DNA of 64,000 nt from Vitrella brassicaformis CCMP3155 (lineage: Eukaryota > Protista > Chromerida): contig CDMY01000360.1 in assembly GCA_001179505.1 (NCBI GenBank), positions 37,787 to 101,786 of the forward strand, given 5' to 3'. Position 1 is the stretch's first letter. Each line of letters begins with the position of its first letter. The position numbers and the translations under genes were made by a program. Of the stretch, positions 12,556 to 25,309 are shown one piece after another. The notes under the pieces were generated by a model that was not told the origin of the DNA, did no database searches, and saw only the letters and a list, made by a program, of their open reading frames with translations.

Positions 12556-13788
12556 ATGGAAAGCTCTGCTTGTCGGCCGACGGCTGGCTCGTTCTTCGGG
12601 TGCTACCTGATCAATTCGGTCACAAGGAAGCAGACGACGTACGTCGGCTTCACATGCAACCCCGGACGGCGCATCAGACAGCACAACGGCGAGATCAAAG
12701 CAGGTAGGTACGCCACACTGCCGATGATATCTGAGCCTTCCTGGCCCTGTCGGTGCGCGTCAGTACACCTTTGTTTGTGTGTGTTGTCGGTGTGCGTGTG
12801 TGTGGTGTGTGATCTCATCAGGTGCTCGCAAGACGCGGCGGTGGCGTCCCTGGAAGATGATTGTGTGTGTGTGGGGCTTCCCCAACAAGATCGCTGCACT
12901 GCAGTTCGAATGGGCCTGTAAGCGGAAAGGAAAGGCGCCAAGTCAAAAGAACGCTTGTCGATGGCTGCAGTTGGTGTGATCGGTGCAGGGCAGCGTCCTG
13001 CTGTGAGCCGCCTGTCGCGTGACGCAGTGGCCGACCTCTCATACTGGTCGGTCGGCCAATTGTTGAAACAAACACACTAAGACACCGCTGGACCTGCTTG
13101 TTTGTGCGTGTCGTCCACTCAGCCGGGTGACGAAGTGGGGCCGTCAGAAGCGTCGCACGGTGGTGCAGAACCTGGAGGTGGTCTTCAGGATGCTCAAGTG
13201 CCAACCATGGGCTAGAATGCCGCTGCAGGTAGGCACATAGGTCACTCAGCCACCACACAAACACACTGATTGTCAGACACACGCAGCTGGACGATTCTCT
13301 TGATGCGTGCAGGTGCATTTCTTGGACGCCGAGGCGTATGAGACGCTGCTGCCGCGGCTGCAGACGGCGACGGAGATACCCACACACATCAAGATAGTCC
13401 ACGGCGGATTCGACGACCTGCCGGTCAATCTGAAAGGCAGTCAGGTGAAGACGACAGCCACGACGACAACGACGGCAGTGAGGGGGCCAAAAAGTGCGAC
13501 AGCAGTGGGGGGGAGGGCGGCAGGGGCAAAGGACCGATGGGCCTCGCCAAGAAGAAGAGGGGCCGCCCAAAGGCCAAGCCAACAGCCAAACAGCCCGTCG
13601 GCAGGCCGCCAAAGGTCCCGCGGGCCAAGAAGGCAGCAGCAGCAGCAGCAGCCAAGGCGGACGACACGTCGATGGACGCGCGCGTCGGTGGAGAGGTTGA
13701 AACTTCGGCGAACGGCAGAGTGACCACACACATGAATGTGTTTTTCCTTCATGTGGTATGGAGTCTGGAAATGGACCTGGACATTTGA
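12556..13788 (+). CDS. SLX1: Structure-specific GIY-YIG endonuclease SLX1
   Basis: FFGCYLINS...[23 protein letters not shown]|[31 protein letters not shown] is the SLX1 catalytic signature. The 3' end is uncertain because of a frame discontinuity (see findings). Confidence 0.9.
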
Positions 13789-14685
13789 TGTAGATATGCC
13801 TTTACACCATGACGTGCTCACTGACATCGAAATCCGTAATTGGCTATGTGTGTGGCGCAATGAATGGACGCGGCTGCTCGATAGAGGTCCATCCGAAAGG
13901 CATGAGTCATCCAATCCTGACAGCAAGAAAGACCCACGACACATAATAAAGGATATGTGTATAGCCAACCTGTGAATGCTGGCCTCTGTCGTACCGTGCT
14001 GCATCCAAGAAGGCGTGTGTGTGCGCCGTGTGGGTACCGAGCTTGTCGGTATGACTGATGCGCGTGTGGATGTCTGTCTGTGTGCCTGAGTGTCAGCCTG
14101 CCTGGATGGCTGCCTGGATGGCTGCAGTGACTCAGTCAGTGCCAGTGAGTGTCTCTGTGGGTGGATTCGAATGCATATCAGTCAGTCAGTCAGTCAGTGA
14201 GTCTACTGCACAGCTAGCTGGCCGGGTGGCGCTATATCATCGGATCGATGCCACGCCCCGGTCGGGCCGCGCACATCAATCCGATCGACCATGCGCACAC
14301 ACGGAGGCCGGCACGCACACAATGACCACACCACACCACACACTCACTCACAATTAGAGAACAGTGCAAAGCAATACGGCAGCAGAGACAGAAGTTAGCC
14401 ATCTCACACGAGTCAGCTATCGCCAAGAATACAGCCACTGTTGCCATCCATCTCATGCACGACGACTGGGTCTGAGGTCGCCCAGATTAAGCGAAAGAAT
14501 GAATGTGTCGCGTCTGAATGATTCTTGCAAGGCCTACACACATTTCCTTGCCCGTGTCCTGTTGGTTGTGCGGTGCATTCCAATGAGTACAATGGCCATC
14601 AGAATATAAAATGTAGACAACGATGATCTGAAAGCAGGCAAGGACAGAAAAGGGTCATGAGACGCTGGGCTCGCCGTGTGCTGCG

Positions 14686-17325
14686 TCATGGCCATCTCAC
14701 CCTTGTTCGACAGTCCGGTTCCGACACCAACCCTGGCGGCTCCCTGCTGCTTACGAATCCTGGCACCCCGCTGCGAGGCGCGGTCACTGGCAGATCAAAG
14801 CCCTGCGCACAGTCAAAGAATGGATCGATTCTGTGTATGCACAAATTTGTTTGGGCGCACCGCTCGTGTGAATGCAGTCTCGAGCTCTCTACACACGACT
14901 CGACACTGAACAGGGGCATGTGTGTGCGTGTGTGTGTGTGCGTGTGTGTGTGTGCGTGTGTGTGTGTGCGCGTGTGTGTGTGGTCTTCTGTCTGGTGCTG
15001 GCTGCTTACATGTGTTTGGTGGTTGCGATGTCTCCTTTGACGTCTCGGTACACGGCAGGCGGCAGAAACCCGAACGGCAGCTTCTCCACCTTCTTGAGCA
15101 ACGACAGCAAACGACCCCGCACCTCTTGACGTACGCTCCCTGCACAGCACAGCCATCCACATAGCATACACAGAATGAATGACACACAGACACCCGGGAT
15201 CGACCAATGGATGTTCTGCCAGGCTTGGCTTACCCGGCAGGGCAGCGGTCATCACCTCTATCCACTCCGTGTGGGTGGCCGCCCTCGTTCCAATCACCTT
15301 CTCCGCTGCTCGGGCAATCTCCCGGTGGTCCATGTCGAAGTCCTTATACTTCTCGTACGCCGCCGTCAGCTCGTTGACGCTCGAAGATGCTCTCACAGGC
15401 GTCAGGGTGGGGCGGGCAACGCTCAACACACACCTCAACGCCGCAACCATGTCGCATCTGAGTGATAACGACACGCAGAGGAAACATTGACAACCGTGCT
15501 GTTGATGCCTGACTCGTGTCTCTTTCTGTCCTGCTCACCTGGGTCCTTGCTGATAGCCGCGCGGACTGTACATGCTGGCTTACGCAAACGTACTGACCAT
15601 GACGTCCTTTGGTTCCGACGAGCCGCGCATCCGTCTGCCTGTGTGCCATCTCGAGGATGATGGAACGAGTCCAATCGATGAGCATTGCGCGCAGGCGGCC
15701 GCCTCCCCGTCTCCCCGGGAACATGATATTGGTGAGGTTGAAGTCTCGGTGGATCAGGTGGGCGCGGTGGCACGTCTCGAGTGCATCAAACTGCATGCCG
15801 CACACCACACATATGGGTGAGTGAGACAGAAACACATGCAGAAAAAAGATATACCAATGGATGCGTCCACCCGGCACTCACCGTCGAGGTGAGAACTTCC
15901 ATGACGGCGACGAAGGGGAGGTGGGGGTTGTTGGTCAGCCGTCGGTACTCGCCCATGAGCTGCGATAATGTGGACTGGAGCTTGCTGAGCTCCAGCACCT
16001 TCCTCGTGCCGGCCGCCGTCTCCACATCGAGGCACAAGAGGGTTGTCGGGACGCACGGCTGCTTCCCGTCTCTCTTCCCCTGGGCGTGCACCGCCGCTTT
16101 CGCCTGGTGCTCGTCGACGATTTCGTCTTCATAGTCGGCGTCGTGGGCCGTCTTGCTGACGAACATGTCACAGACGGCGCCGTCGAAGCCCTCCTTCGGG
16201 GGGCTGCTCCTCGATGGGCTCTCTGGGTTTGCTGCTCGACCTTGACAGACACGCATAGGCATCCATTCAGCACACGGAAAGGTCAATTCTGTGACCCTCG
16301 TGTTGGATCTTACCCTCCAGCCCGAGGTCGCCTTGCTGCTCCTGTCGGTGGTCTTGCTCGTGGGGGTCTGTCGTCGCCTGACGGTGGCCTCTCGATTGCC
16401 ACCACCTGATGGCCACATACAAGAGACAACAGACATCGGCAATTGACATCAGTTGACTCGCCATCGATGTGTGTGCGTAGCGTACCAACTGATGTCGCTG
16501 AGGAGCTCGTTGGCGATGGCCTTCAGGTGAACGAGTGGAAGTGCCCGCCAGTCGTCGTGGACTCCCATGGCTGGGAGTCGCCTGTGGATGGAAGGACAGA
16601 CAATCGGCTCTCTTTCTGTCTCTGTGCCCGCTACCTCTTCTTCGGCGCCGGCTCTCTGGGTTTGCTCGACCTTGGTGTCCGTCTCCAAGGTCCGCGTCGA
16701 TGATTCCTTGGAGGTCTCTGTCTTTGGGCTTAGCTCTGTGTGTCCCCTCATCGGAGGTCCCTGTGACGAAGGGCGTCTCCCCGTGGTTCTGCATACTTAC
16801 ATCAAGCCACACAGGAACTGTGATTTGTACCACTTGTTCCTTCCTTCTGCTTTTTGTCCGCGTGTGTAGCGGCGTCTCCTTCCCTCCCGTCCCTGCTCCC
16901 TGTTCTGGAGAGGTCCCCGTCGATGAGGGCGTCTCACTCCGAACCGGCAACGAGCCCTCCTGCGCACCTGCTACTGCGACCGACACAGGAGGAATTGTCA
17001 TGTTCGTTAATGTTGTGTGTCTTCCTGTTGTCTTGCGCGCCGGGCTCCGCTGCCCTGTTGGCGTTGCCGTGGTCGGTCTTGGACCCGCTACTTTGTTGAT
17101 GACTGTATTTGCTGCCGAAAAGAACATGTGCTCTTTTGAGAAAAGAGCCGTCTCCGAATTCTCGCCCAGAGCCGTCTCCGAATTCTCGCCCTGGCGGAAT
17201 TTACGAAGTGGACTCGTGTGGCCGATCCTGTGTGGCATGAACAGAGGACTTGGCCCACGGCTAAGCTCGCACCAACGAAAGGGCGGGTGGTGTATGAAGA
17301 CGTCTACAGAATCTCTGTAATGCAC
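14686..17325 (-). CDS. Divergent protein kinase-like protein with long low-complexity N-terminus
   Basis: Spliced frame contains MFVSK (beta3 Lys), an alphaC Glu, LIHRDFNLTNIMF (catalytic loop) and LIDWT (DFG equivalent). Exons join in frame through GT-AG introns. The start may be 17127 or further upstream. Confidence 0.65.
17144..17191 (+). repeat. Perfect 24-bp tandem duplication (AGAGCCGTCTCCGAATTCTCGCCC x2)
   Basis: Read directly. It encodes GENSETAL twice in the minus-strand ORF. Confidence 0.95.
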
Positions 17326-17791
17326 ACAGGAACCATGGTTAAAACACTAAATGCCGCTCGCTAGTATCACACTGCAGCAAACATCACGTGATGGACACGC
17401 AAGGCAGGCTCTCCAGGCAGGCAGGCAGACAGCCGTGCGTGTGTGAAGAGCACATTTGCTAGACACGCGGCCGCCGACCCACCTGTCTAGCTCTCGGCTC
17501 CTATCGGCCACCTGACTGAAGGCCTCAGCACACTAAGCAGTCACGCCATCTCCCTAGGGAGACACCAAAGGCACAAAAAAAACACCAGCCGTCCCGCATC
17601 TGTCTGCTCATATCAACACACCACCATCATCCCCCCAGCCCCTGGCCCTTCCCCTTCTCGCCTATCTGTCTGTCTGTCCGTCTGTCTGTCTACTGCATCC
17701 CCAGCGACTGCGACGTCCACATCTCATACCATCTATTTACACTACCGACACACCACCCATCCCTCCTAGCTATCTATCTGTCCATCTCTGC

Positions 17792-19562
17792 CTACTGAAT
17801 CCCCAGGGACTGAAACCGCCCCTCCTTGTCGACGAACCCCAGCTGCCCCCAGTCGAACACACACCCCTCGTCGCCCGCCTCGTTGTTGAAGCCCTTGACC
17901 ACACCACTAAGGCCAAATCTGCGCACCTCGTCCAGGCGCAGTTTGTGCACCACCTCTCGTAGGCCCACCCGACGGCCGTCCACGCCACCCAGCACGAAGC
18001 ACTGCAGCTGGGGGATGCGCACCTGCCGCCCGTCCTCGCGCTCGATGACGCCACCACAGACCTCTCGGTTGCCGCTCGTCCGTGTGGCGGCCGACGTTAC
18101 AAAATGGCGCATCACGCCAAGCAGACGGCGGCCCTTCGGCGTGTCGTCCTTCATGACGAAGACGGCATTGATGGTCTCGGGTTCGTGCAGGAAGGCCCCG
18201 ATGTGCCATGCAATGGCCGCCGACTCCTGTGGCCCAAATGAGAGGGGGGAGGGGGAGGGCGGATGGGGGAGGGAGGGGGCTTCGTCGTTGTGCTCCACCA
18301 GGGGCAGGATGCGGGCCATGAGGATGGCGGCGTCACGCTGGGGAGCGAGGGCCTTGTTGACGCGGTCCATCACCACGAAGGGCAGCTCGTTCAGCACCAC
18401 CACATACTCCTTCTTGGCAAGAGCACGGCGCTCTCTGTCTTCCTGAGTTGCATTGGGCATGTTGGCGATGGATGCGCCGCGAATCAGCAGCCGGCGGATG
18501 ATGTTCTTCCGCCGGTGGATGAGGACCTTCTTGAAGACGATGTTGTCGTAGTCGTGCTCCGAATCGCCGGCCAAGTACAAGGCCGCGAGACTGAGGGGGG
18601 TGAAGTTGGTCACTGGGGAGGGCCTGTCGACCTCGGCCACAGCGAGGGTCTCGCACAAGACGAACACCATAAGGGAGGCAGCGGAGACCGCCACGTCGAG
18701 AGGTGACTTGCCCTCTGCGTTGGCTGCGGTAAGGTCAGTGCCGCAGCTACTGAGCAGGTCGAGGAGGGCGTGGGTAAATCCGTCCAGCGGCAGGGGATTG
18801 ATCATCGACAGTCGATGGGCTGGGTTGCACTGCTCCTGGTCCACCTCAGTGGCCAGCTCAGGGTGAGCCTCGAGCAGCTCCTGGTGGACAGCCAGCACGT
18901 GGACCAGGTAATCGTGGTCCAGCCGCTTCTCGAGCACGCCCGTTCTTCGCGGCATGAAGGCCAGCCAATCCCCATCGACCGCCACATCGGACCTCAGCAG
19001 CTCAATCACCGCCTCAAGGTTGGCCGACCACATGCCCACCTTCATTGGGCTGTACTGCACACGGTTGCTGCTGCCGTTGCGCCCACTCCGATACGCCGAT
19101 GGGGCCCCCAGCAATGAGCGCCTCCAGCACGTCCATCTGTATCTGTCGCGTCGGCCATGTGGGCAGCATCATCAGCCGCTCCTCACGCGGATGCTCCTGG
19201 CCGTCGGGCTTTGGGTCGACCACCCACATGAACGGCACTGCGCCGTGCGGATCGTCGATGGCGAGGGCAAGGATGCTCACCACACTGATGCGCGCCACCT
19301 CTGACGCCGCCACGCCCTTGGGGAGTATGCGGATGACCAGGTTCGGGTCGGCGCCCTCTTTGCGGATGAGTCGACGGATGCCCTTGCGGCCGATTGTGCG
19401 GCGCATGAGTCGGATGGTGAGCTGCTTGGACGCCTCGGTGGTGTTGGGCGGGAACCAGATATCGATGCCGTCCAGCTGCACCTGCCGCTCAGAGGAAGCA
19501 GCGGCTGCACCACCACCACCACCACCTGCTGCAGGGGCACTTGAGCCGTCCGTCATGACCAC
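17792..19562 (-). CDS. Ankyrin-repeat protein of a lineage-expanded family (nearly intronless)
   Basis: GADPN and GTDLTAANAEGKSPLDVA ankyrin-like motifs. Two overlapping ORFs (19014..19562, 17792..19114) can be joined by a 40-nt GT-AG intron at 19055..19094, or reflect a frameshift. C-terminus FDWGQLGFVDKEGRF. Confidence 0.7.
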
Positions 19563-20131
19563 ATCGCCTCCGCCCTACCACACAGAGAGGAACACAGGCA
19601 CATAGCATATTCGTCCGAGCATCTGATGCGATTACTGCTTGTGCGCCGCTGTGATGGCGTGCGCGTACTTGAGGCGGTTGCGGGGATGCGGCGTCGCTGT
19701 CCATCTCCCCACAGCCACCACACACTCAGAGAACAGCACCTGAGCTCCGGAAAGCGCAGAAGGATGAGGCGGCATGCACATCATATTAACTCCACTGATG
19801 CCTTCTCAATGTGCCCTTCTCACCTGGAAACGATGAGTACTCGTCGAGGGCTCACCCCGTCGGACGGTGCACTACAAAGAAGAGGGTGAGTCGCCTGGAG
19901 ATCTACTACACACAGAGCTCCACCTCGATGAGCCGATATCCAGCAGGGCCTCTCTCGTCCGATTTGATGAGATGCGGGAACCCGCTCGACGAGCAGTTTC
20001 ACGGAAAGTGCTAGGACGCTCGAAACGAAGCGTGCCAGTGGCTTTGGACCTCTGGACTTCCTCCCCCCGGCAGGTTGTCTTTCCGCCGTACTTCGCTGGC
20101 CACCGATTTTGATCTGACATCTGCTGCCAAG

Positions 20132-21921
20132 ATGCGCAGCGGCACAATTCAGAGAACTGATGCTGCTGCAGCTCCTGCTCCTGCTGCGGCTGGCGATGAT
20201 CAGGCCTGCCACACATCTTGCTGCCCGACCCCTTCCTCATCTCACTCTTGCCCCCCCTCTCCACCTCCACTTCCCGCCCGCCCCCTCTGCGTCACCCGCA
20301 AGTGCAGGCTCCCACTGCCCTCCTCATCTCTATTGCTCATCATGCTGTACAGCACGGCGTCAGCTGCTGCCAGGGTGACAGAGACACACACAGCCTTTCA
20401 GCCAGGCGGACTTCTCCGCAGCCGACTGGCCATCAGACCTTCACGAGCACATCGCGCCGAGACCAGGATGGCGGACGAACGGCGCGACGGCCAACCTCTG
20501 TCAGCGGGTGTGTCTATCGGTGCCGCCCTTGCTGCCGCACTGCTGCCCTTCACCCCCCTCCCTGAGAGCCTGGCGGCCGCGAGCCCCCCTCCGGCCATCG
20601 CGAGCGACGCCGGCAGCTCCAAGAGCACGGAGATCCGCGGCCCTCTAGAGGAGCTGCTCCTGGGCACACTCCAGGCGCAGGCCGATGTGGGGCCGTCAGA
20701 ACTCATCACACCCATCACACGCGACTACGCTGCCCCGGCGGACCTGCAGCCCAGACGGCGGCTGCCAGTGGAGCAGAAGTATGTGGAGCAGACCCAGCAG
20801 CCGGTGGACACCACCAAGCCTTCACGGACGGTGGAGCTGCTGGGCGGGCCGGGGGCGTCGCCCGGGCGGCTGAGCGAGTTTCAGCGGCAGTACAGCCTCT
20901 TCAAGGCGGGGCTGGAGGAAACGGCCAAATTCGATTTCAAGGAGGCCGAAGGTGAGCGGGAGGAGAGGGGTGTACAGGTGGCGAGGTGTGTGTTCATCTC
21001 CGCGTGTGTGTGTGCGTACAGGCATCTTCACCGAGATCATAGATTCGTATGAGACGCCCAAGGCCAAGGAGAGTGAGAGGGCCCGCTTCATGCTGGCCAG
21101 GGCGTATACGGACAGGGGCAACACACGGGTCTCACTCGGCGAGCTCAACAAAGCCCTTGTCGACTACTCATGCGCAAGTGAGACACAAACACAAAGTCAC
21201 AGCGAGCAGCCAGGACGATGCCGGCTGACCGTACTCTCTCTGTGTCATCAGTCGAGTACGCACCAGACGAGGCCGATTTCTGGCTGAATCGCGCGATAGC
21301 GTGTGAGCAGAAGGCCGAGCAGTCCCTCACCTCCTCACTCCAATTCGCCAACCAGGTACCTTAGTGTTCCTTGCTTGCAGCAAGGGGGTGTGGAGTGTGC
21401 TGTGTGCGTGTCCACAGTGGTACAAGGAGGCCCTCGAGGACTACGAACACGCCCTCGTCCTCAAGCCCAGCGACCCGCGGCTCTACGCCAACACCGGCGA
21501 GATCCTGACCCTCCTTGAAGACTTTGACGCCGCTCTCGAGAAGTTCCGCCAGGCGTCGGCACTGGCGCCCTCCAATGTGGCGTACAAGGCGCGCATCGCT
21601 CTGCTCGACGCGCAGCTAGGCGACGTCCGACGATCGCACTTCATCATCAACGACATCGTGCGGCGCAGTCCCGACTACTGGGAGATGGTTTTGGCCAAGT
21701 CGATGCTGGACTGGAACGTCGGTCGGTTCGCCGAGGGTGCGTACCTGTACGACATATCTGTGCAGGAGAACCCGCTGCTGCTCGACGACCGGCACCTGGT
21801 GCGGGACCTCCGGTGGCCGCCCTACTTCGTGGAGGGGCTGAGGAACCTGCGCATGGCCGGGGAGAAGAACCGGGCCCTGGAGAAGGTGCTCTTCTTCGAG
21901 ACGCCGCAGGAATTCTACTAG
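20132..21921 (+). CDS. TPR-repeat protein, probably plastid-targeted
   Basis: Spliced TPRs: AYTDRGNTRVSLGELNKALVDYSCAIEYAPDEADFWLNRAIA and ALEDYEHALVLKPSDPRLYANTGEIL...ALEKFRQASALAPSN. Hydrophobic N-terminal stretch followed by ...HTAF. Start codon uncertain. Confidence 0.8.
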
Positions 21922-24004
21922 AGCTCTAGAGGGGAATGTTGTGTTTTGTCTTGTTGAGGCAGAGAGGGGAGGGGGGAGGTAGGGAGGTGTCAATAGAGGT
22001 CAGATTGCGTCATCCATTGCGATTGCGATGACGTGTGTGAGTGTGAGGGTGTGACAATCAGTGAACACAATTGTGGGCTATTGCTTTTGTGTTCTGTTGT
22101 GTTGTGTTACGGTGTGGATGGATGGGGGGGTGCATGGGTGTTGGGGCAATTTTGACTAGCTGGCTGATCGTTCCTTGGTTATGGCGGCCTGTCTGTCTGC
22201 CTGTCTGTCTGTCTGTGTGGTTAGCTGGGCGACTCACCCACTCACTCACTGGCTGGCTGTCGTGTGCCTGCTGTAGATAGCGTAGCGAGGATTGACGGAC
22301 CGATTCACCACCTGGCTGGATCCAACTTACCTGAGACAGACTCGTTTTGTGCATACCCACCTACTCACTCGATGGCCCGTCTCTCTCCCTCTCGCTCTTC
22401 CTCTCCCCTTCTCACTCACTGCGCAGTCGATCGCCTCACGTGTTATGTTGGTTGCGTGTGTGTGTTTCATTCCTTCCTTGGCTTTTGCCGTCCACCCAGC
22501 TAGCCAGCTAGCTAGCTACCTATTGCTGCCTGCCTTCCCGCCTTCCTTGCTCTGTATCTGTAGCATAGCACATCATCTCATCAACAAGAAAGACATGCAT
22601 GGTTTCCTTCTGTCTTTCCGTGCGTCTTTCTGGTACATCGATGTCGAATTGCCTGTCGGTCGGTCGGTCGGCTGGTCATCAATGAGAGGGCAGATGAGGA
22701 GAGAGAGAGAGAGAGAGAGAGAGGAACGCAGTGAGTGTGCTGTGCGCCCTGTTTTTTTGGCGAGCACGAGATGGATTGAGAGAGCCCTCAGACAGGAGAG
22801 AGCGAGTGTGGTGAGCGGTGAGTGCCTGCCGACTTTCTTGTTTCCTTTCGCTCCTGAGGGTGAGGGTCAGCCAGTGAGTGCATCGCGCCTGAAGCGTCTC
22901 ATGAGGTTTCTGCCCGCTGGTGCAACGCCACGCCACGCCTCTCCGTCTAAGTGGCGTGATAGCTGTGGGGTTGCACCGGGCGGTCGGGAAACCCCAGAGA
23001 TGCGACGGCAGCGAGAAATGCATGTGCGCTTGCCTCTGGATGGGATGGATAGCTGGCTGTGCGGTCGGTCGTGTTGTGTCAAGAGAGTGTCTCTGGTGGG
23101 ATGTACATCGCTGCCGGCGCGTTCTCCGTTCATCTCTCGTTTCTGGGCGGAGGGCAACTGCGTGCTCTGCAGCGAGGGGCAGCTGCATGCTCCGCAGCTG
23201 ACCTTCCCTCACGCAGCTGAGCTTCCCTGAGGAATTGGGGGCGAGCGTCAAAAGCGGGAGGCGATCGAGTATTGCCGTGTGGTTTGTGTGATGAGCGAGG
23301 TTGGTATGGTTGAGTGGTAGAGTGGGGGGCAGATCAACTCATCCAAAAGGAGAGTGAGAGCGGCGAGAGCACCGTCCCGTCCCGTCCCCGAGCCACGTGT
23401 GCTTGTCGGTGTGTGGTCATGAGAGGATGGGATGGATGGATGGATCTCTTGGCTGCGTGACCTCGTGTGGCTTGCGTGTGCCATGTCATGTCATGTGTGT
23501 GACGGAAAGCCAGGGCGAGTCGAGTGCAAGGTTGACACATTCGAGTGTGGTGTGGAGTGTGGACACGCAAGAAGTTAATTACGCATCCCTGAACCAGTCA
23601 GTCATGTGTCAGGCGCATCACACACATGGCGAGAGAGAAACGAGCGCTTATGCACACACTCACTCACACGCGCACACATACACACCGGTTATGTCCCCCG
23701 CCGAACACTGCCTCTCATAAACTATCATATACTACGTCCGTTTGTCAGGTCTGCAGTCTTTCAGGCAAAATCCTGCCATGTTCCCTTCCCTGCTGCCACA
23801 CAGGCCGTTCTGTCTGTCTGGCAAGGGAGGGCGTGGCACACTCGACCGATGAACAGACATGATCAATAAAGGCACACAATGCAGACAGACACATTGAGGT
23901 ACACAGACAACACACTACACTACACCCTCTCCGACAAGTGATACACTCCTCCCTCCCTCCCTCCCTGCCCCTCTCTCTGCCAGCTCATTTTGTGTTGCAA
24001 CCAC

Positions 24005-25253
24005 TCATAGGTTGGCTTGGCTGCTTTCCCGTGCGGCAGCGCTGTAGTTCTCGTAGTACTTCTTGATGTCATGCAGGTCACGGTAGCACCGGTTGTACTC
24101 CCGCTCGTGGGGCGATAGGGTAAACAGGAAATTGCCCACCGACTTCCAAAACGACGTCTCACCCTGTCAGTCAGTCATATAAATATATAACCACACAGAC
24201 ACACAGACACACAGACAGGTTGGCAAATCCATCTGGTGTGTGTTTGTTTGGCTGACGTGACGGACATACCACGTCATCTTGCTGCGCCATGTCGAGTCTG
24301 TGCTCGTGGTCCATGTCGACCAGCCGCCCCTCGCCCACCACCAGACACTTGCAGAAGGGCAGATCCGCAAACCCGTCACGCAGAGCAGGCGATAGACACA
24401 CCGGGTCATAGTCATAATGTGACGACGGTGACGATTCCGCCCCCCCCTCTCCCTCTCCCTCTCTCTCCCTCTCCCTCTCTCTGCCGGCCCTCCTGCGTCT
24501 GCACAGGACGATATTCTGGCTCTCGGGCTCGCACACCTCCTTCAGCCTGCTGCTGAATGCGGCGTCGCCCATTCGTGAAGTGCCGAATGTGACGAGAGTG
24601 AGGGGGTAGGTGTTCCTCTCTGCCAGGAGCATGGCCATGATGGTGGCGATCCCCCCGCCCATCGAGAAGCCGCACAGGACCACCCGCTGCAGCGATGGGC
24701 GGTGCGTGTCGAATGGCTTGAGGAAGGCCGGGTGGGCGAGGAATGCCTCTGCCTTGCTGAGGTGGAAGGCGGAGCACCCCTTGGAGGGGTGGAGGGTCAT
24801 TTGGCACACTATGTCCAGCCCGAGAGAGAGGTACTCGAAGGGGTTGCGGGGGTTGAACCACGAGAAGGCGTAGAACAGCGTGCTGCTCGCCGAGTGGTGG
24901 AAAATGTCCCCCCGGATGTTCTGCAGTGATGAAGGAGTGACCACAGACACAAAACAGACACAAAATAGACACAAAACAGACGAGAGCCAGCCATGAGCTC
25001 CTTCCTGGTCTGGGGATCTCTGTGTGTTTCCCTGACTGACAGTGTGTGTGAAGGTCGGATCTTTGTACAAACCTACCTGTCCCAGGTCGACGCGCCCTTC
25101 GTGTGTGAGTGCGTGCGTGGCATTGCGGATGAAGATGGCGAGGGTCTTGGGCACCCTTGCCTTCTCTGTGTAGGTGATCAGCCGACACGCAAGCAGCGCC
25201 TCTATCGAACTGTCCATTCTTCCTGGCAGCACCTGCCCTCCTTCTGCGCCCAC
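24005..25253 (-). CDS. Class 3 lipase (alpha/beta hydrolase)
   Basis: VVLCGFSMGGGIA (GxSxG nucleophile elbow) and VTFGTSRMGDAAF. The last exon carries LHDIKKY (likely catalytic His) and stops at 24005. Confidence 0.85.
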
Positions 25254-25309
25254 AGGGAGGAGAGATCAAAGAGCGGCGGTCTCCACGAGCTCGCAAGAAG
25301 CGCTCGTCG

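Noticed and set aside
14484-14500. AGATTAAGC resembling the 18S rRNA 5' region
   Set aside because: The match is only about 9 nt and the surrounding sequence is not rRNA.
17144-17191. 24-bp tandem duplication as a regulatory or mobile-element signal
   Set aside because: Only two copies, in frame. Simple slippage explains it.
22292-23251. 312-aa plus ORF and overlapping minus ORFs in the 2-kb gap
   Set aside because: Largely translated microsatellite and low-complexity sequence, with no splice chain or domain that I could support.
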